From: an uncultured Fibrobacteria bacterium
GTDB taxonomy: Bacteria; Fibrobacterota; Fibrobacteria; UBA11236
Direction: 5' to 3'
Assembly (NCBI GenBank): GCA_963716395.1
Contig: OY970309.1
Coordinates: 2,880,001-2,944,000, forward strand
Length of the DNA stretch: 64,000 nt
Each line of letters begins with the position of its first letter. Position 1 is the first letter of the stretch. This document shows positions 17,742-28,275 of the stretch, piece by piece. Below the pieces are notes generated by a model. It did no database searches. It was given only the letters and a program-made list of their open reading frames with translations, and was not told the DNA's origin. The translations under genes and the position numbers were made by a program.

Positions 17742-20700
17742 ATGTCCATTCGGGTTTCGCTGCGCCATTTGACCCGGTACGAATACGACAGGCCGGTAAC
17801 CCTGTCTCCGCAGCAAATCCGGTTGCGGCCCGCGGCACATTGCCGGGTTCCGGTCACGGCTTACTCCTTGCGTGTGGAACCCAAGCCCCATTTCTTGAAT
17901 TGGCAGCAAGACCCCTTCGGCAATTTCGTGGCGCGGGTGGTATTTCCCGACCCGCAACGGCGCTTCGAAGTCGAAGTCGGCTTGCTGGCCGAGATGACGG
18001 TCATCAATCCCTTCGATTTTTTCGTCGAGCCCGAAGCCGATCATTTCCCTCTAACCTATGGGCCGGGGTTGCGGGAATCGCTGCAACCCTATTTGGAAAT
18101 GCGGGAGCAAAGTCCGCTGCTGCGGGAATGGATGGCAACCCTCGATCGCACCCCGCGCAATTTGATCGACTTTCTCATCGACCTGAACCGGCGTCTGCAG
18201 GGCGACGTGGGCTACACCATCCGCCTCGAAAGCGGCGTGCAGACCTGCGAAGAAACATTGGAAAAGCGCTCGGGTTCATGCCGCGATTCCGCCTGGCTGC
18301 TGGTGCAAGTGCTCCGGCGGCTGGGAATCGCCGCACGCTTTGCTTCGGGGTACCTGATTCAATTGAAACCCGACGAAAAGCCCTTGGACGGGCCGCCCGG
18401 ACCTGAAAGCGACTTCACCGATTTGCATGCCTGGGCCGAAGCCTTCGTGCCCGGAGCGGGATGGATCGGCCTCGACCCGACTTCGGGATTGCTCGCCGGT
18501 GAGGGCCACATTCCGTTGAGCTGCACGCCTTCGCCCGAAGACGCGGCGCCCATCACCGGGTCCACTTCGGAATGCCAATCCCGGTTTCAGTACCACATGG
18601 AAGTTTCGCGCCATCAGGAAACGCCGCGGGTCACCGCGCCGTATACCGATGCGCAATGGCACAGCCTGCTGGCCGCCGGCGATCGGGTCGACGCGGCCAT
18701 GCTGGCCGACGGGTTGCATCTCACCCAGGGCGGCGAACCCACCTTCGTGTCGGTCGACGATCGCGACCTGCCCGAATGGAATACCGAAGCCCGGGGCGAC
18801 CGCAAATTCGCGCTGGCCAACCGCTTGCTGTGGCGTCTGAAAGACCGCTTTGCTCCGGGATCGCTGCTGCATTTCGGACAGGGCAAATGGTATCCGGGCG
18901 AACCGCTGCCGCGTTGGGCCTTGACCACCTATTGGCGCGCCGACGGCCAACCCGTGTGGAACGACGATGCCTGGCAGGCGCGCGAACCTGCCGCCGGCCT
19001 GGGGCCGAGCGCAGCCGAAGCGCTGGCGCGCGCCATTGCCCGGCAACTGCTCCTGGATGAGCGCTGGGTGCAGGCCGCGCAGGAAGATGTCTTCTATTAC
19101 CTGTGGCAGGAAGGGCGTTTGCCCCTCGAATTCGATCCGCACAGCGAAGGTTTGCGCGACGATGTCGAACGCGAGCGTTTGTTCAAATTGCTCGACCGGG
19201 GGTTGAACCACATCGCCGGCTACGTTTTGCCGCTGCAAAGCGATTTCGACGGGGTGCGCACGCACTGGCTTTCGGGCTGGTGGGATTTCCGCCGCGGGCA
19301 TCTGTTTCTGCTGCCCGGCGATTCGCCGCTGGGCTATCGCCTGCCGCTGGGCAGCCTGGCGCGCGGCCTGCAAGCGCCCGAGGAACCGGTGGCCTTGTCG
19401 CCGCTGGCGGTGCGGCCTCCGCTTCCCGAAACGTTGAAGCCGCCGCAGGCCATCCTCCAGTTGCGCCACCCGGCCGATGCCGGTGCGGAGGCGGCGGACC
19501 CGGCCGCGGGCCGGTCCGAAACCAAGACAGAAGACAAAGACAAAGCGCGCACCGCTCTGTGCGTGGAGGAACGGGACGGATTTCTGTACGTGTTTCTTCC
19601 GCCGGTTGCGCATCTCGAAACCTTTCTCGAATTGACGGCCGCGGTGGAAGCAGCGGCGGCCGAAACCGGATTGCCGCTGCGAGTCGAAGGCTATCCTCCC
19701 CCCGTCGATTACCGCCTTCGGCATTATTCCATCACGCCGGATCCGGGTGTGATCGAAGTCAACATCCATCCCGCCTCCTCGTGGCGTGAGTTCGTGCACC
19801 ACTTGGACGTCTTGTACGACGAAGCACGCGCCTGCCGCTTGAGCACGGAGAAATTCCAACTCGACGGCCGGCATACGGGCACGGGCGGCGGCAACCACGT
19901 GGTGTTGGGGGCCGCGCGTCCGGCCGACAGCCCCTTTTTGCGGCGGCCGCAGCTTTTGCGCAGCCTGGTGAATTTCTGGCAGAATCATCCCAGCCTGTCA
20001 TATTTGTTCTCGGGGCTGTTCATCGGACCCACCAGCCAGTCGCCCCGCGTGGACGAGGCGCGCGACGAAGCCTTGGCCGAGTTGGAATTGGCCTTTCAGC
20101 AGGTTCCGGACGGCGAGGCGCTGCTGCCTTGGCAGGTCGACCGCATCTTCCGCCATTTGCTGGTCGATCTCACCGGCAACACGCATCGCGCCGAATTTTC
20201 CATCGACAAACTGTACAGCCCCGACAGCCTCACCGGTCGCCTGGGCCTGTTGGAGTTGCGCGGCTTCGAAATGCCGCCGCATGCGCGCATGGGCGCGGCC
20301 CAAGCGCTGTTGGTGCGGGCGTTGGCGGCGCGGTTCTGGAATCATCCCTATCGCATGCCGTTGCAACCCTGGGGCGTATCGTTGCATGACCGCTGGATGC
20401 TGCCGCATTTTCTCTGGCGTGATTGCGAGGAAGTGCTGGGCTTTCTGGACGGAGCGGGCTTTGCCTTCGATCCGGCCTGGTATGCGCCGTTTCTCGACTT
20501 TCGCTTTCCCCGTTGTGGCGAGGTGCAATGCGGCGATGTGCATCTGGAGATCCGCACCGCCGCCGAACCCTGGCCGGTACTGGGCGAAGAGGCGTCGGCA
20601 CAAGGCACAGCCCGCTATGTCGACGCATCGCTGGAACGCTTGCAGGTTAAGGTGCGCGGCTTCACCAGCCGCCGCCACGGCGTGTTATGCAATGGCCGCA

Positions 20701-21044
20701 GCCTGCCGTTAACGCCTACGGGCGTGCAGGGCGAGGCCGTGGCCGGCCTGCGGTTCCGCGCCTGGCAGCCGCCGGCCTGCCTGCATCCGCTGATCCCGGC
20801 GCAGGGTCCCTTGGTCTTCGATCTTGTCGACCGCTGGAACGGCCGATCTCTGGGCGGCTGCACCTACCACGTCATGCATCCGGCGGGCCGCAACTACGCC
20901 ACTTTTCCGGTCAACGCGGCCGAAGCCGAAGCCCGCCGTGCCGCGCGCTTCGAAGCGCGCGGGCATAGCCCCGCCGCCGTGGATTGGGTCCCGCCGCGCG
21001 TGCATCCCGACCATCCTTTGACCCTGGATTTGCGGGAGCCCTGA
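17742..21044 (+). CDS. Large transglutaminase-family protein (N-terminal TGase plus DUF2126-type domain)
   Basis: MSIRVSLRHLTRYEYDRPV, GSCRDSAWLL, DLHAWAE, GWIGLDPTSG, TQGGEPTFVS, PDPGVIEVNIHP, HTGTGGGNH, GNTHRAEF. Confidence 0.92.
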   Translation: MSIRVSLRHLTRYEYDRPVTLSPQQIRLRPAAHCRVPVTAYSLRVEPKPHFLNWQQDPFGNFVARVVFPDPQRRFEVEVGLLAEMTVINPFDFFVEPEADHFPLTYGPGLRESLQPYLEMREQSPLLREWMATLDRTPRNLIDFLIDLNRRLQGDVGYTIRLESGVQTCEETLEKRSGSCRDSAWLLVQVLRRLGIAARFASGYLIQLKPDEKPLDGPPGPESDFTDLHAWAEAFVPGAGWIGLDPTSGLLAGEGHIPLSCTPSPEDAAPITGSTSECQSRFQYHMEVSRHQETPRVTAPYTDAQWHSLLAAGDRVDAAMLADGLHLTQGGEPTFVSVDDRDLPEWNTEARGDRKFALANRLLWRLKDRFAPGSLLHFGQGKWYPGEPLPRWALTTYWRADGQPVWNDDAWQAREPAAGLGPSAAEALARAIARQLLLDERWVQAAQEDVFYYLWQEGRLPLEFDPHSEGLRDDVERERLFKLLDRGLNHIAGYVLPLQSDFDGVRTHWLSGWWDFRRGHLFLLPGDSPLGYRLPLGSLARGLQAPEEPVALSPLAVRPPLPETLKPPQAILQLRHPADAGAEAADPAAGRSETKTEDKDKARTALCVEERDGFLYVFLPPVAHLETFLELTAAVEAAAAETGLPLRVEGYPPPVDYRLRHYSITPDPGVIEVNIHPASSWREFVHHLDVLYDEARACRLSTEKFQLDGRHTGTGGGNHVVLGAARPADSPFLRRPQLLRSLVNFWQNHPSLSYLFSGLFIGPTSQSPRVDEARDEALAELELAFQQVPDGEALLPWQVDRIFRHLLVDLTGNTHRAEFSIDKLYSPDSLTGRLGLLELRGFEMPPHARMGAAQALLVRALAARFWNHPYRMPLQPWGVSLHDRWMLPHFLWRDCEEVLGFLDGAGFAFDPAWYAPFLDFRFPRCGEVQCGDVHLEIRTAAEPWPVLGEEASAQGTARYVDASLERLQVKVRGFTSRRHGVLCNGRSLPLTPTGVQGEAVAGLRFRAWQPPACLHPLIPAQGPLVFDLVDRWNGRSLGGCTYHVMHPAGRNYATFPVNAAEAEARRAARFEARGHSPAAVDWVPPRVHPDHPLTLDLREP

Positions 21045-21147
21045 TGCCGCGCGTCGTCGCTGCCGGGCCGGCGGAGCCCGCAAACCGCTTGTGGAAACGA
21101 AGCCGCGATGTTACCATCATCCCCATTGAAAGGCCTCGCCGGCAGCC

Positions 21148-23661
21148 ATGACCTCCTTGGTTCATCCCGCTTTTTCCAGCCTCTCGGGCTTGCTCCGCGG
21201 TTACCTGCCGCCGCCGGATTCGTGGGACGAAATGGTGGACGGGACGGGGGCGGTGCGGCCCGGTTGGCAAGGTCTCGCGGCCGCGCTCGACGCCTTGGGT
21301 CCTGAATCCCTGGTCCGGCGCGCCGAAGAGGTCAAAGAGCAACTGCGCTTCAACGGCGTCACCTACCACGTGTACGGCGATCGGCAGGGGGCGGATCGCC
21401 AATGGGAGCTTGATCCCGTTCCCGTGGTGTTCGACAGCGGGGTGTGGAGCGAACTGGAACGCGGGCTTATCCAGCGCGCCGAATTGCTCGAAGCCGTGCT
21501 TCGCGACATCTACGGCCCCCGCCTGCTGGTGAAAGAGGGGCTGCTGCCGGCTTTGTTTTTGTATGCGCATCCGGGCTTTCAACGGCCCTGTGCCGGTTCG
21601 CTCGACGGGGTGGCGCGCCTGCTGCATGTCTACTCGGCCGACATGGGGCGCCGGCCCGACGGTTCTTTCTGCGTGGTCAGCGATCGCTGCCAGAACCCTT
21701 CGGGTTATGGCTACGCCCTGGAAAACCGGTTGATTCTGGGCCGGGTGTTGCCGAGCCTATTCCGCCATTTCGGGGTGCACCGCCTGGCGCCTTTTTTCCA
21801 ATCACTGCGGCGCGGATTGCTGCAAGCCGCCCCGCCGGGAGTCGCCGCACCCCAGGTCGCGCTGCTCAGCGCCGGCCCCGAAAACGAAACTTTTTTCGAA
21901 CAGGCGTATCTGGCCAGTTACCTCGGCCTGCCGCTGGTGCGGGGCAACGATCTTTCCGCGCGCCCGGAGGGCGTGTTTTTGGAGGGCCTGGGCGGATCGC
22001 GTCCTTTGCACGTGCTGTTGCGCCGCGTCGACGACGCCTATTGCGATCCGCTGGAATTGGAGGGCGCTTCGGTGCTGGGCGTGCCGGGCCTGCTGCAAGC
22101 CGTGCGCCGTCGGCGCGTCACCGTGGCCAACGCGCTGGGCAGCGGTGTGCTGACCGGATCGGGGCTGATGGCCTTTTTGCCCGCTTTGTGTCGGCGTCTC
22201 TTGGGGCAGGATTTGCGTCTGCCCTCGACCCCGACCTGGTGGTGCGGCGACGCCGGCCAGCGGGAAGAGGCGCTGGCGCGCTTCGACACGATGGTGGTCA
22301 AGCCGCTGTACCAGGGGCCGCGCCGCAGCACCTGGTTCGTGCAAACCCTGTCGAAGGAGCAGCGCGAGCGGCTGCTGTCGCGCATTCGCGCCAAACCCCA
22401 TCTCTACCTGGTGCAGGAACAGGTGCCGCTGTCGACCACGCCCTGCTTTGTCGACGGTCGCCTCGAACCCCGGCGCATGGTGCTGCGGAGCTTTTTGGCC
22501 GCGGTCGATAAAACCTATGAGGTGATGCCGGGCGGGCTCACGCGCGCCTCGTTGCAGCCCGAATCGAATGCCGTCACCGGCCAGGAAGGGGGTATCAGCA
22601 AAGATACCTGGATCGTCGCGTCGGAGCCGGTCGGCGCCGAGGCCCCGGTCGAGACGGTCTCGCCCTTGGTGCGCCTCAACCGCGAAATCACGCCGCTGCC
22701 GGGTTTTGCCGCCGAAAACCTGTTCTGGCTGGGCCGCTATCAGGAGCGGTTGGAAGCTCAAGCCCGCCTGTGGCGGGAGGCCTTGTCGTTGTCGGGCGAA
22801 GACCAAGGCCTGGGCGAAGCCGTTCCCGATGGCCTCCTCCGCATGCTCCGGGCCTTCCAACCCGGGATGTCGACCGCTCCCGCGGGATTGGAGGCGGCGC
22901 TTATCGCCTCGCTGGCGGCGCGCGTCGATTTGGGATCCCCCGCGTTCAATCTGGCCGCCTTGCGCCGATCGGCGCGCGTCGTGCGCGAACTGCTGTCGCA
23001 TGACGCCTGGCTCAGCCTGCATGCCTGGCAGGACGACGGCGGCGAGTCGGACGTTTTGGCCGAACCTGATGCGGGCGCGGCCTTGACCCATCTCGACCGG
23101 TTGGTCGTGGGGCTGGCCGGCTTTGCGGGGCTGACCGTCGAAAGCATGACCCAGGGTCCGGTGCGGCGCTTTCTGCAATTGGGCCGTCGTCTCGAACGTG
23201 CGCAACTGACTTGCCGAAATTTGGGCACCGCCTTTGCTCAGGGCGATTCCCAGCGCGGTTTATGGCGGGCGTTGCTCATTGTCCACGACAGCGTCATCAC
23301 CTACCGCAACCGTTACGCGGCGGAGCTGCAGCCTGCGGCTGTGATCGACGTGCTGCTTTGCGATGAATTGAATCCCCGCTCGGCTTCCGCGCCGCTACTG
23401 CGTCTATTGGAAGACATGGCGGAAATTCCGCGTCCCGAACCCGGGCAAATCCTGGAAATCGAAAAGCTGACGCGGCAAACGCTGCAAACCGTGCGCGGCT
23501 TCAACCCCGCGGTCCAAGCCGGACTCTCGCCTGCCGTGTATGAAAACCTGGAGCATGTCCTGGGACAAATCGAAGGTGGCCTGGCCCGGATTTCGGATTA
23601 CCTGGCCGTCGATTTCTTCCGCCAGCGGCCCATGACGCAAACCCTCAAGGAATGGAGCTGA
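21148..23661 (+). CDS. Circularly permuted type 2 ATP-grasp protein fused to an alpha-E domain
   Basis: WDEMVD, PSGYGYALENR, RRVDDAYCDPLEL, SVLGVPGL, VMPGGLTR, SKDTWI; alpha-E motifs LFWLGRYQER and LGRRLERA. Confidence 0.92.
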   Translation: MTSLVHPAFSSLSGLLRGYLPPPDSWDEMVDGTGAVRPGWQGLAAALDALGPESLVRRAEEVKEQLRFNGVTYHVYGDRQGADRQWELDPVPVVFDSGVWSELERGLIQRAELLEAVLRDIYGPRLLVKEGLLPALFLYAHPGFQRPCAGSLDGVARLLHVYSADMGRRPDGSFCVVSDRCQNPSGYGYALENRLILGRVLPSLFRHFGVHRLAPFFQSLRRGLLQAAPPGVAAPQVALLSAGPENETFFEQAYLASYLGLPLVRGNDLSARPEGVFLEGLGGSRPLHVLLRRVDDAYCDPLELEGASVLGVPGLLQAVRRRRVTVANALGSGVLTGSGLMAFLPALCRRLLGQDLRLPSTPTWWCGDAGQREEALARFDTMVVKPLYQGPRRSTWFVQTLSKEQRERLLSRIRAKPHLYLVQEQVPLSTTPCFVDGRLEPRRMVLRSFLAAVDKTYEVMPGGLTRASLQPESNAVTGQEGGISKDTWIVASEPVGAEAPVETVSPLVRLNREITPLPGFAAENLFWLGRYQERLEAQARLWREALSLSGEDQGLGEAVPDGLLRMLRAFQPGMSTAPAGLEAALIASLAARVDLGSPAFNLAALRRSARVVRELLSHDAWLSLHAWQDDGGESDVLAEPDAGAALTHLDRLVVGLAGFAGLTVESMTQGPVRRFLQLGRRLERAQLTCRNLGTAFAQGDSQRGLWRALLIVHDSVITYRNRYAAELQPAAVIDVLLCDELNPRSASAPLLRLLEDMAEIPRPEPGQILEIEKLTRQTLQTVRGFNPAVQAGLSPAVYENLEHVLGQIEGGLARISDYLAVDFFRQRPMTQTLKEWS

Positions 23662-23663
23662 GC

Positions 23664-24563
23664 ATGCCGGTGTACACGATCCGCCACCGCACGCACTACG
23701 CCTACTCCGAAGAAGTCGCCGCCAGCGTGAATCAGGCGCGCGTGCAGCCGCGCGATTTGCCGGGTCAGCGCCTGCTCAGCTTCCAACTCGAAGCCCAACC
23801 CGTCGTGTCTAATTATGAGGAAGGTTGCGACTTCTTCGGAAACTCCACCCTCTTTTTCCAACTCCCCAATCCGCATCGGAACTTCGCGATCACGGCCATG
23901 AGCCGGGTCGACGTCTCGTGGGCCGAAGTCGAAATCCCGCCACCTTCGCCCGCCTGGGAAGAGGTGGTGCGGCACCTCGAATCCGACACCTCGGCCGATG
24001 TGCACAACGTCCAATTCTGCCTGGAATCTCCTCTGGTGCGATCGTTTCCCGAATTGCGCGACTATGCGCAGCGATCTTTTTTCCCCGGCAGGCCGGTGGC
24101 CGAGGCGGCCTTTCATCTGATGCAGCGCATCCACCGCGACTTCCGCTTCCGGCCCGGTTCCACCAGCCTTTCCACCACTCTGGAAACCGTGTTCCAGAAC
24201 CGCAGCGGCGTGTGCCAGGATTTTTCCCATTTCATGATCGGCTGTTTGCGCAGCCTGGGACTGCCGGCCCGGTATGTCAGTGGTTACCTCGATACCCGGC
24301 CGCCTCCGGGCAAGCCCAAACTGCTGGGGGCCGACGCGTCGCATGCCTGGGTGTCTTTGTTCGTGCCCGGCGGTGGCTGGATGGATTTCGATCCCACCAA
24401 CAGCCTGTTGCCCGGTCCGCGCCACATCACCGTGGCCTGGGGCCGCGACTTTTCCGACGTTAGCCCCTTGCGCGGGGTGCTTTACGGCGGGGGCGCGCAA
24501 ACGCTCAAGGTCGAGGTCGATGTCATGCCGGAAAATCCGGATACATTCGCCCCGGCGGCTTAA
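23664..24563 (+). CDS. Transglutaminase family protein
   Basis: YTIRHRTHYAY, DFFGN, GVCQDFSH, ARYVSGYL, ASHAWV, DFDPTN, GRDFSDVSP. Confidence 0.93.
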   Translation: MPVYTIRHRTHYAYSEEVAASVNQARVQPRDLPGQRLLSFQLEAQPVVSNYEEGCDFFGNSTLFFQLPNPHRNFAITAMSRVDVSWAEVEIPPPSPAWEEVVRHLESDTSADVHNVQFCLESPLVRSFPELRDYAQRSFFPGRPVAEAAFHLMQRIHRDFRFRPGSTSLSTTLETVFQNRSGVCQDFSHFMIGCLRSLGLPARYVSGYLDTRPPPGKPKLLGADASHAWVSLFVPGGGWMDFDPTNSLLPGPRHITVAWGRDFSDVSPLRGVLYGGGAQTLKVEVDVMPENPDTFAPAA

Positions 24564-24622
24564 TCCCTCTTCACATCCCGACGCGCCCGCGAGGTCGGGC
24601 CCGCCGGGCGGTTTGAGGGTCT

Positions 24623-27284
24623 TTACCGCACAAAGCCGAACAAAAGCAGGGTGGCGCTGCCGGGAAGCGACGTTGCGGTATTGGAAAGGGGCGTGATAGT
24701 GCTCCGCAGGATATAAGCGCCGGTTCCCACTTGGGTGCCGTTTGCGCTGCGGCCCGTCCAAATGATGCGGGCCACGTGTTTGGAGCCGTCGGGATTCAAA
24801 CTCAAAAGCGGGATGTCCGCGGCGTCGATCTGGCCGGAACCGCTGATGATGAAATCCCCGTATTTGGAATAGATCTGGAAATGGTATTGCGAAGGTCCGG
24901 GGATTTCCAGATTGATGATGGGCCCCGCGAACGGCTGCGTCCCTCCACCCACCCCGCAGGTGCCGCATTTTCCATCGGTGCTTCCAGGCAGGGGAACGCC
25001 CCTCTGGTCGATGGGAACGAAGGCGACATTGGGGGGGGTGGAAGGTACGGGAATCTGGGCATCATGCGAGGGCTTGTTCTGGCCGTTGGGAAATTGCACG
25101 TACACCAGGCTCGGCGCAATGAAGGTGTAATGGATGGTAAGGGTATCGCTGGGATAATAGCCAGCCTTGGTGGCGTACGCGTGCAAAGTTTCGCTTTGCG
25201 ACACGAATACATTAGTGCCTGTGGACGTTGCGCTGCTGTCGAAGGAGTAATGGATGGTGGCTCCCGGGGTGGTATCCGACAGCACCACGGCCAGCGGGGC
25301 GGAGTCGAAGGTGTATCCCGTCTTGCCGGGTCCGGGAGGCGTGGCCACGGGTGTGGCCACCTTGGGCGCCTGGCTTTCGGTGTACACGAAAGAAGCCACC
25401 GGGCTGGGCAACTGGAAAGGTTTGGTGTCGATGGCCTTGATGGTGGTGGAGGCGTTGATGGGGATGGGTTGGCCCGCGATGTAGATGGCGCTGTTGCTGT
25501 CGGGCGTGCTGCCGTCGAGGGTGTAGTGGATGACGGCGCCGGTTTCACCGGGGGTGAGGGTCACCGAGAAGGCCGAGTCGAGCGTGGTGAAATTATGCCC
25601 CGGGGGAGTGGCGGTGGGCGGTAGGGTCACCGGCATCTGGTTGCCGAACAAGGTATAGGTGACCGACTCGCGCGGATCGCGCGGGTAGCTCCAATTCAAG
25701 ACGATCTCTCCGCCGGCATCGGTTTCCAGGGTGCCGTTTTTTTTGACCGGAGCCGGGTCGATGCCGTTGAAAGGATAAGGCCCCTGATATACGGCCATGC
25801 CGCCGGCCGGAGTGCCCACCGGCAGCGAGACGAATTCGGAATCGCCCCAGCCGGCCGGTTGTTTGGCGTCGATACTGGTGGCGGTGACCACCACCGGGCC
25901 CACGTCGTTGGGGGTGCGCGTCAGGCGAATGGTATAGGAAGTGGCGTTGAGTGTGTAGAGGGAATCCGGCAGTCCCTGGGCATTGAGCATAGCCAAGGTG
26001 GGCGGGGCATAGCAGACCAGGCTGGAGGTGCTTTGGCCGGACGCCGGCCCGTCGGCCTGCACGTTGAACGAATAGGTGTTCTGGGTGCCGTCGCTCTGGG
26101 TCACGCTGACGGTGATATTGTTGGTCCCCTGCGCCAAAGCGATAATGCTGTCCAAGGTGACGTCGAGGTTTTGGTTGGCGTCGAGGCTGTCGTGCACCGC
26201 GACACTGGTTTGACCCACGGTGTTATTGGTGATTTGCACGGTGCGCGGCAAGGAGGTCGCCGTGATTTTCTGGATGATGGTGTCCATCACTGCCTGAATC
26301 CCGCCGTTTTTGGTGGGATCGACGTGAAAGAACTGCCCGCCGGTTAAGCATCCGATAAAGTTTTCAAACTCGCGGTATCTGAAGTCGTGATCCGACCCAG
26401 GAAAATGCTGTAAATGGGGGGCCATGGTGGCATCCACGAGTCCTTGGCCGCCGAACCGTCGTCATTGGGCGGCCATCAGAAATAAAGACGATGGCCTGTT
26501 TGGAGTTTTTAATGATGGCCGTAATCGGTCAACCAAGTTGCTCGCCAACCGCAGCAGGGGGATGTAATTGGTGGCCGCGAATACTATCCAAGAGCATCAT
26601 GCTTTTGACTTGCGTCACATTCGCGGGGACATTCAATTGCAGGGCGGTTGCGCGTTCATGGTATCGCTGCCGAAACCCACCACACCTGCCGTTGAAGTCG
26701 GAGCGTTGGCGGCCAAGTAGTCGATGGCGTTTTTGACCACCACCCCGCGTGGAGTTATACGGGATCTCCGGCAAATGCAATAGGTTGGTGAGACTGGAAA
26801 TGGTCAAAAGGCCGATGGTTTTGACGAGAGCCGGTAGGGAATCTCCGTTTGATAATCTTCGACGTTATAGGTGATGGTGCCGATATCCGTCGCGGTGACG
26901 GCAAGATTGCTGATCGAAGAAAGACGTATCGGTCCCGGTGACATAAGCGCGATTGCTCCACATGCTGCCGCTGTTGTCGACGATGAAGACCACGTCGGCG
27001 CCGCCGCCGCTGGTAACGGTAAACGCGTTTTTGCAAAACTTGAGTCCGCTGTTGCTGATGCGCGTCACGTTGCTGCCGGTGACGATGGGCGCACCGCCGC
27101 TGGTCAGGGCCACCAAATCCAAACAGGCGGTGTCGGCGCCGGTTCCGGGTGTGGTGTTGGCCAGAAGATCGCACCGCTTGGTGGCGGTTTGCCCCATGGC
27201 GCAAACCAGCAAAGCCGCCAGGGCCATGAAAAAGGCATGTGATCCGTGAAATCTCGAAAAGCTGAAAGCGACTTTGTTTTTCAT
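24623..27284 (-). CDS. Secreted vWA-domain protein with two chitobiase/FN3-associated repeats and a C-terminal sorting-like domain; multiple frameshifts at ~26340-26900
   Basis: Signal peptide and MIDAS DNSGS. vWA pieces (KNAIDYLAANAPTSTAGVVGF, TNYIP, QAIVFISDG, IYSIFLG, LTGGQFF) alternate between frames. IHYTLDGSTP-type repeats; C-terminus VGTGAYI...FGFVR. Confidence 0.75.
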
Positions 27285-27587
27285 CCGCCAACCTCAATTG
27301 TCCTTGAACCAAAACCAGTTGATTTTTTGAATTCCGATTTGAACCGGCAAATCGACTTTTACCACATTCAGTCATTCAATATAAGCCCCACCCCGGATTG
27401 TTGCGGGCGAATTTTGAGTCGATCCGCACCGAATTTGAGAATCGTGCCAATTGCAGGAATTTCAAAGCGAGAATTTTACCTGGTGCGCAAAATTACGTAT
27501 TACCCAATATCGCTTTTAGTCAGTTCTCGTAATCGGCCCAACTCAGCAGATTTGGCTTGAGCCGGGTGCAGATCAATATGGCGTGCG

Positions 27588-28184
27588 TTAAACGCCCACT
27601 GGAGCGAAAACCACCACGCTGAGGCCCAGAGCCTTTTGATCCGCTTCATTGGCATAGGAATGCGGTTGATTGCCGGCAAAGGCCAAGACGTCGCCTTGCG
27701 CGATGACATGCGGTTTTCCACCCACCAGGATTTTGACGGATCCGCTGATGCAGGTAAAATATTCGCGTGTGCCGGGTAAATGGGGAACGCCGACGGCGCG
27801 GCCATGCGGCTCGAATTCCATGCGCGTTATCTGCATGCCGGGGATGGGATCGGGCAGCAGTTCGTAAACCGAAATGCCGCCTTTTTTTCGGATTCCGACA
27901 ATGCTGTCGGCGGGCACATGCCGGAATTTGGTTTCAGGTGCGAGCAGCAGCTCTTCGAGCGGAACCTGCAAGGCGGCCACGATTTTCAGCAAAATGTGTA
28001 GCGAAGGGTTGGATTGTCCCGATTCGATATTGGTCACCGTCGATCGGGGAATTCCCGCCATCTTGGCCAGTTGCAATTGCGTCCAATGGCGGGCGCTCCG
28101 CAAGTTGACGACGTTACGGGCCAGATTGCGCGGCACCTGGATTGTACCGGCCGAAAGCCCCGAAGTGTCCAAGGGATTAGCCAT
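27588..28184 (-). CDS. XRE-family transcriptional regulator with cupin domain
   Basis: HTH LRSARHWTQLQLAKMAGIPRSTVTNIESGQSNPSL; cupin PHLPGTREY and GNQPHSYAN. Confidence 0.92.
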   Translation of the reverse strand: MANPLDTSGLSAGTIQVPRNLARNVVNLRSARHWTQLQLAKMAGIPRSTVTNIESGQSNPSLHILLKIVAALQVPLEELLLAPETKFRHVPADSIVGIRKKGGISVYELLPDPIPGMQITRMEFEPHGRAVGVPHLPGTREYFTCISGSVKILVGGKPHVIAQGDVLAFAGNQPHSYANEADQKALGLSVVVFAPVGV

Positions 28185-28227
28185 TGGCCCACACCTTGGC
28201 ATTTGCGCTTGGTAGCATTCTGTTCCT

Positions 28228-28258
28228 TTTATACTAGGCCAAGAATACTAGGTCAAGA
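28228..28258 (-). promoter_or_regulatory. Sigma70-like promoter for the XRE gene, overlapped by a 14-bp tandem direct repeat (putative operator)
   Basis: Minus strand TTGACC-N17-TATAAA (28256-28228). Plus strand ATACTAGGCCAAGA ATACTAGGTCAAGA (28231-28258). Confidence 0.7.
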
Positions 28259-28275
28259 ATATAAAGGAGAAGGCC

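Noticed and set aside
24623-27284. Diversity-generating retroelement or programmed frameshifting behind the vWA disruption
   Set aside because: No reverse transcriptase or template/variable repeat pair in the window, and the changes are many scattered indels rather than A-specific substitutions or one slippery site.
27430-27452. Sigma54-like TGGCACG upstream of the vWA gene
   Set aside because: No -12 GC element at the correct distance.
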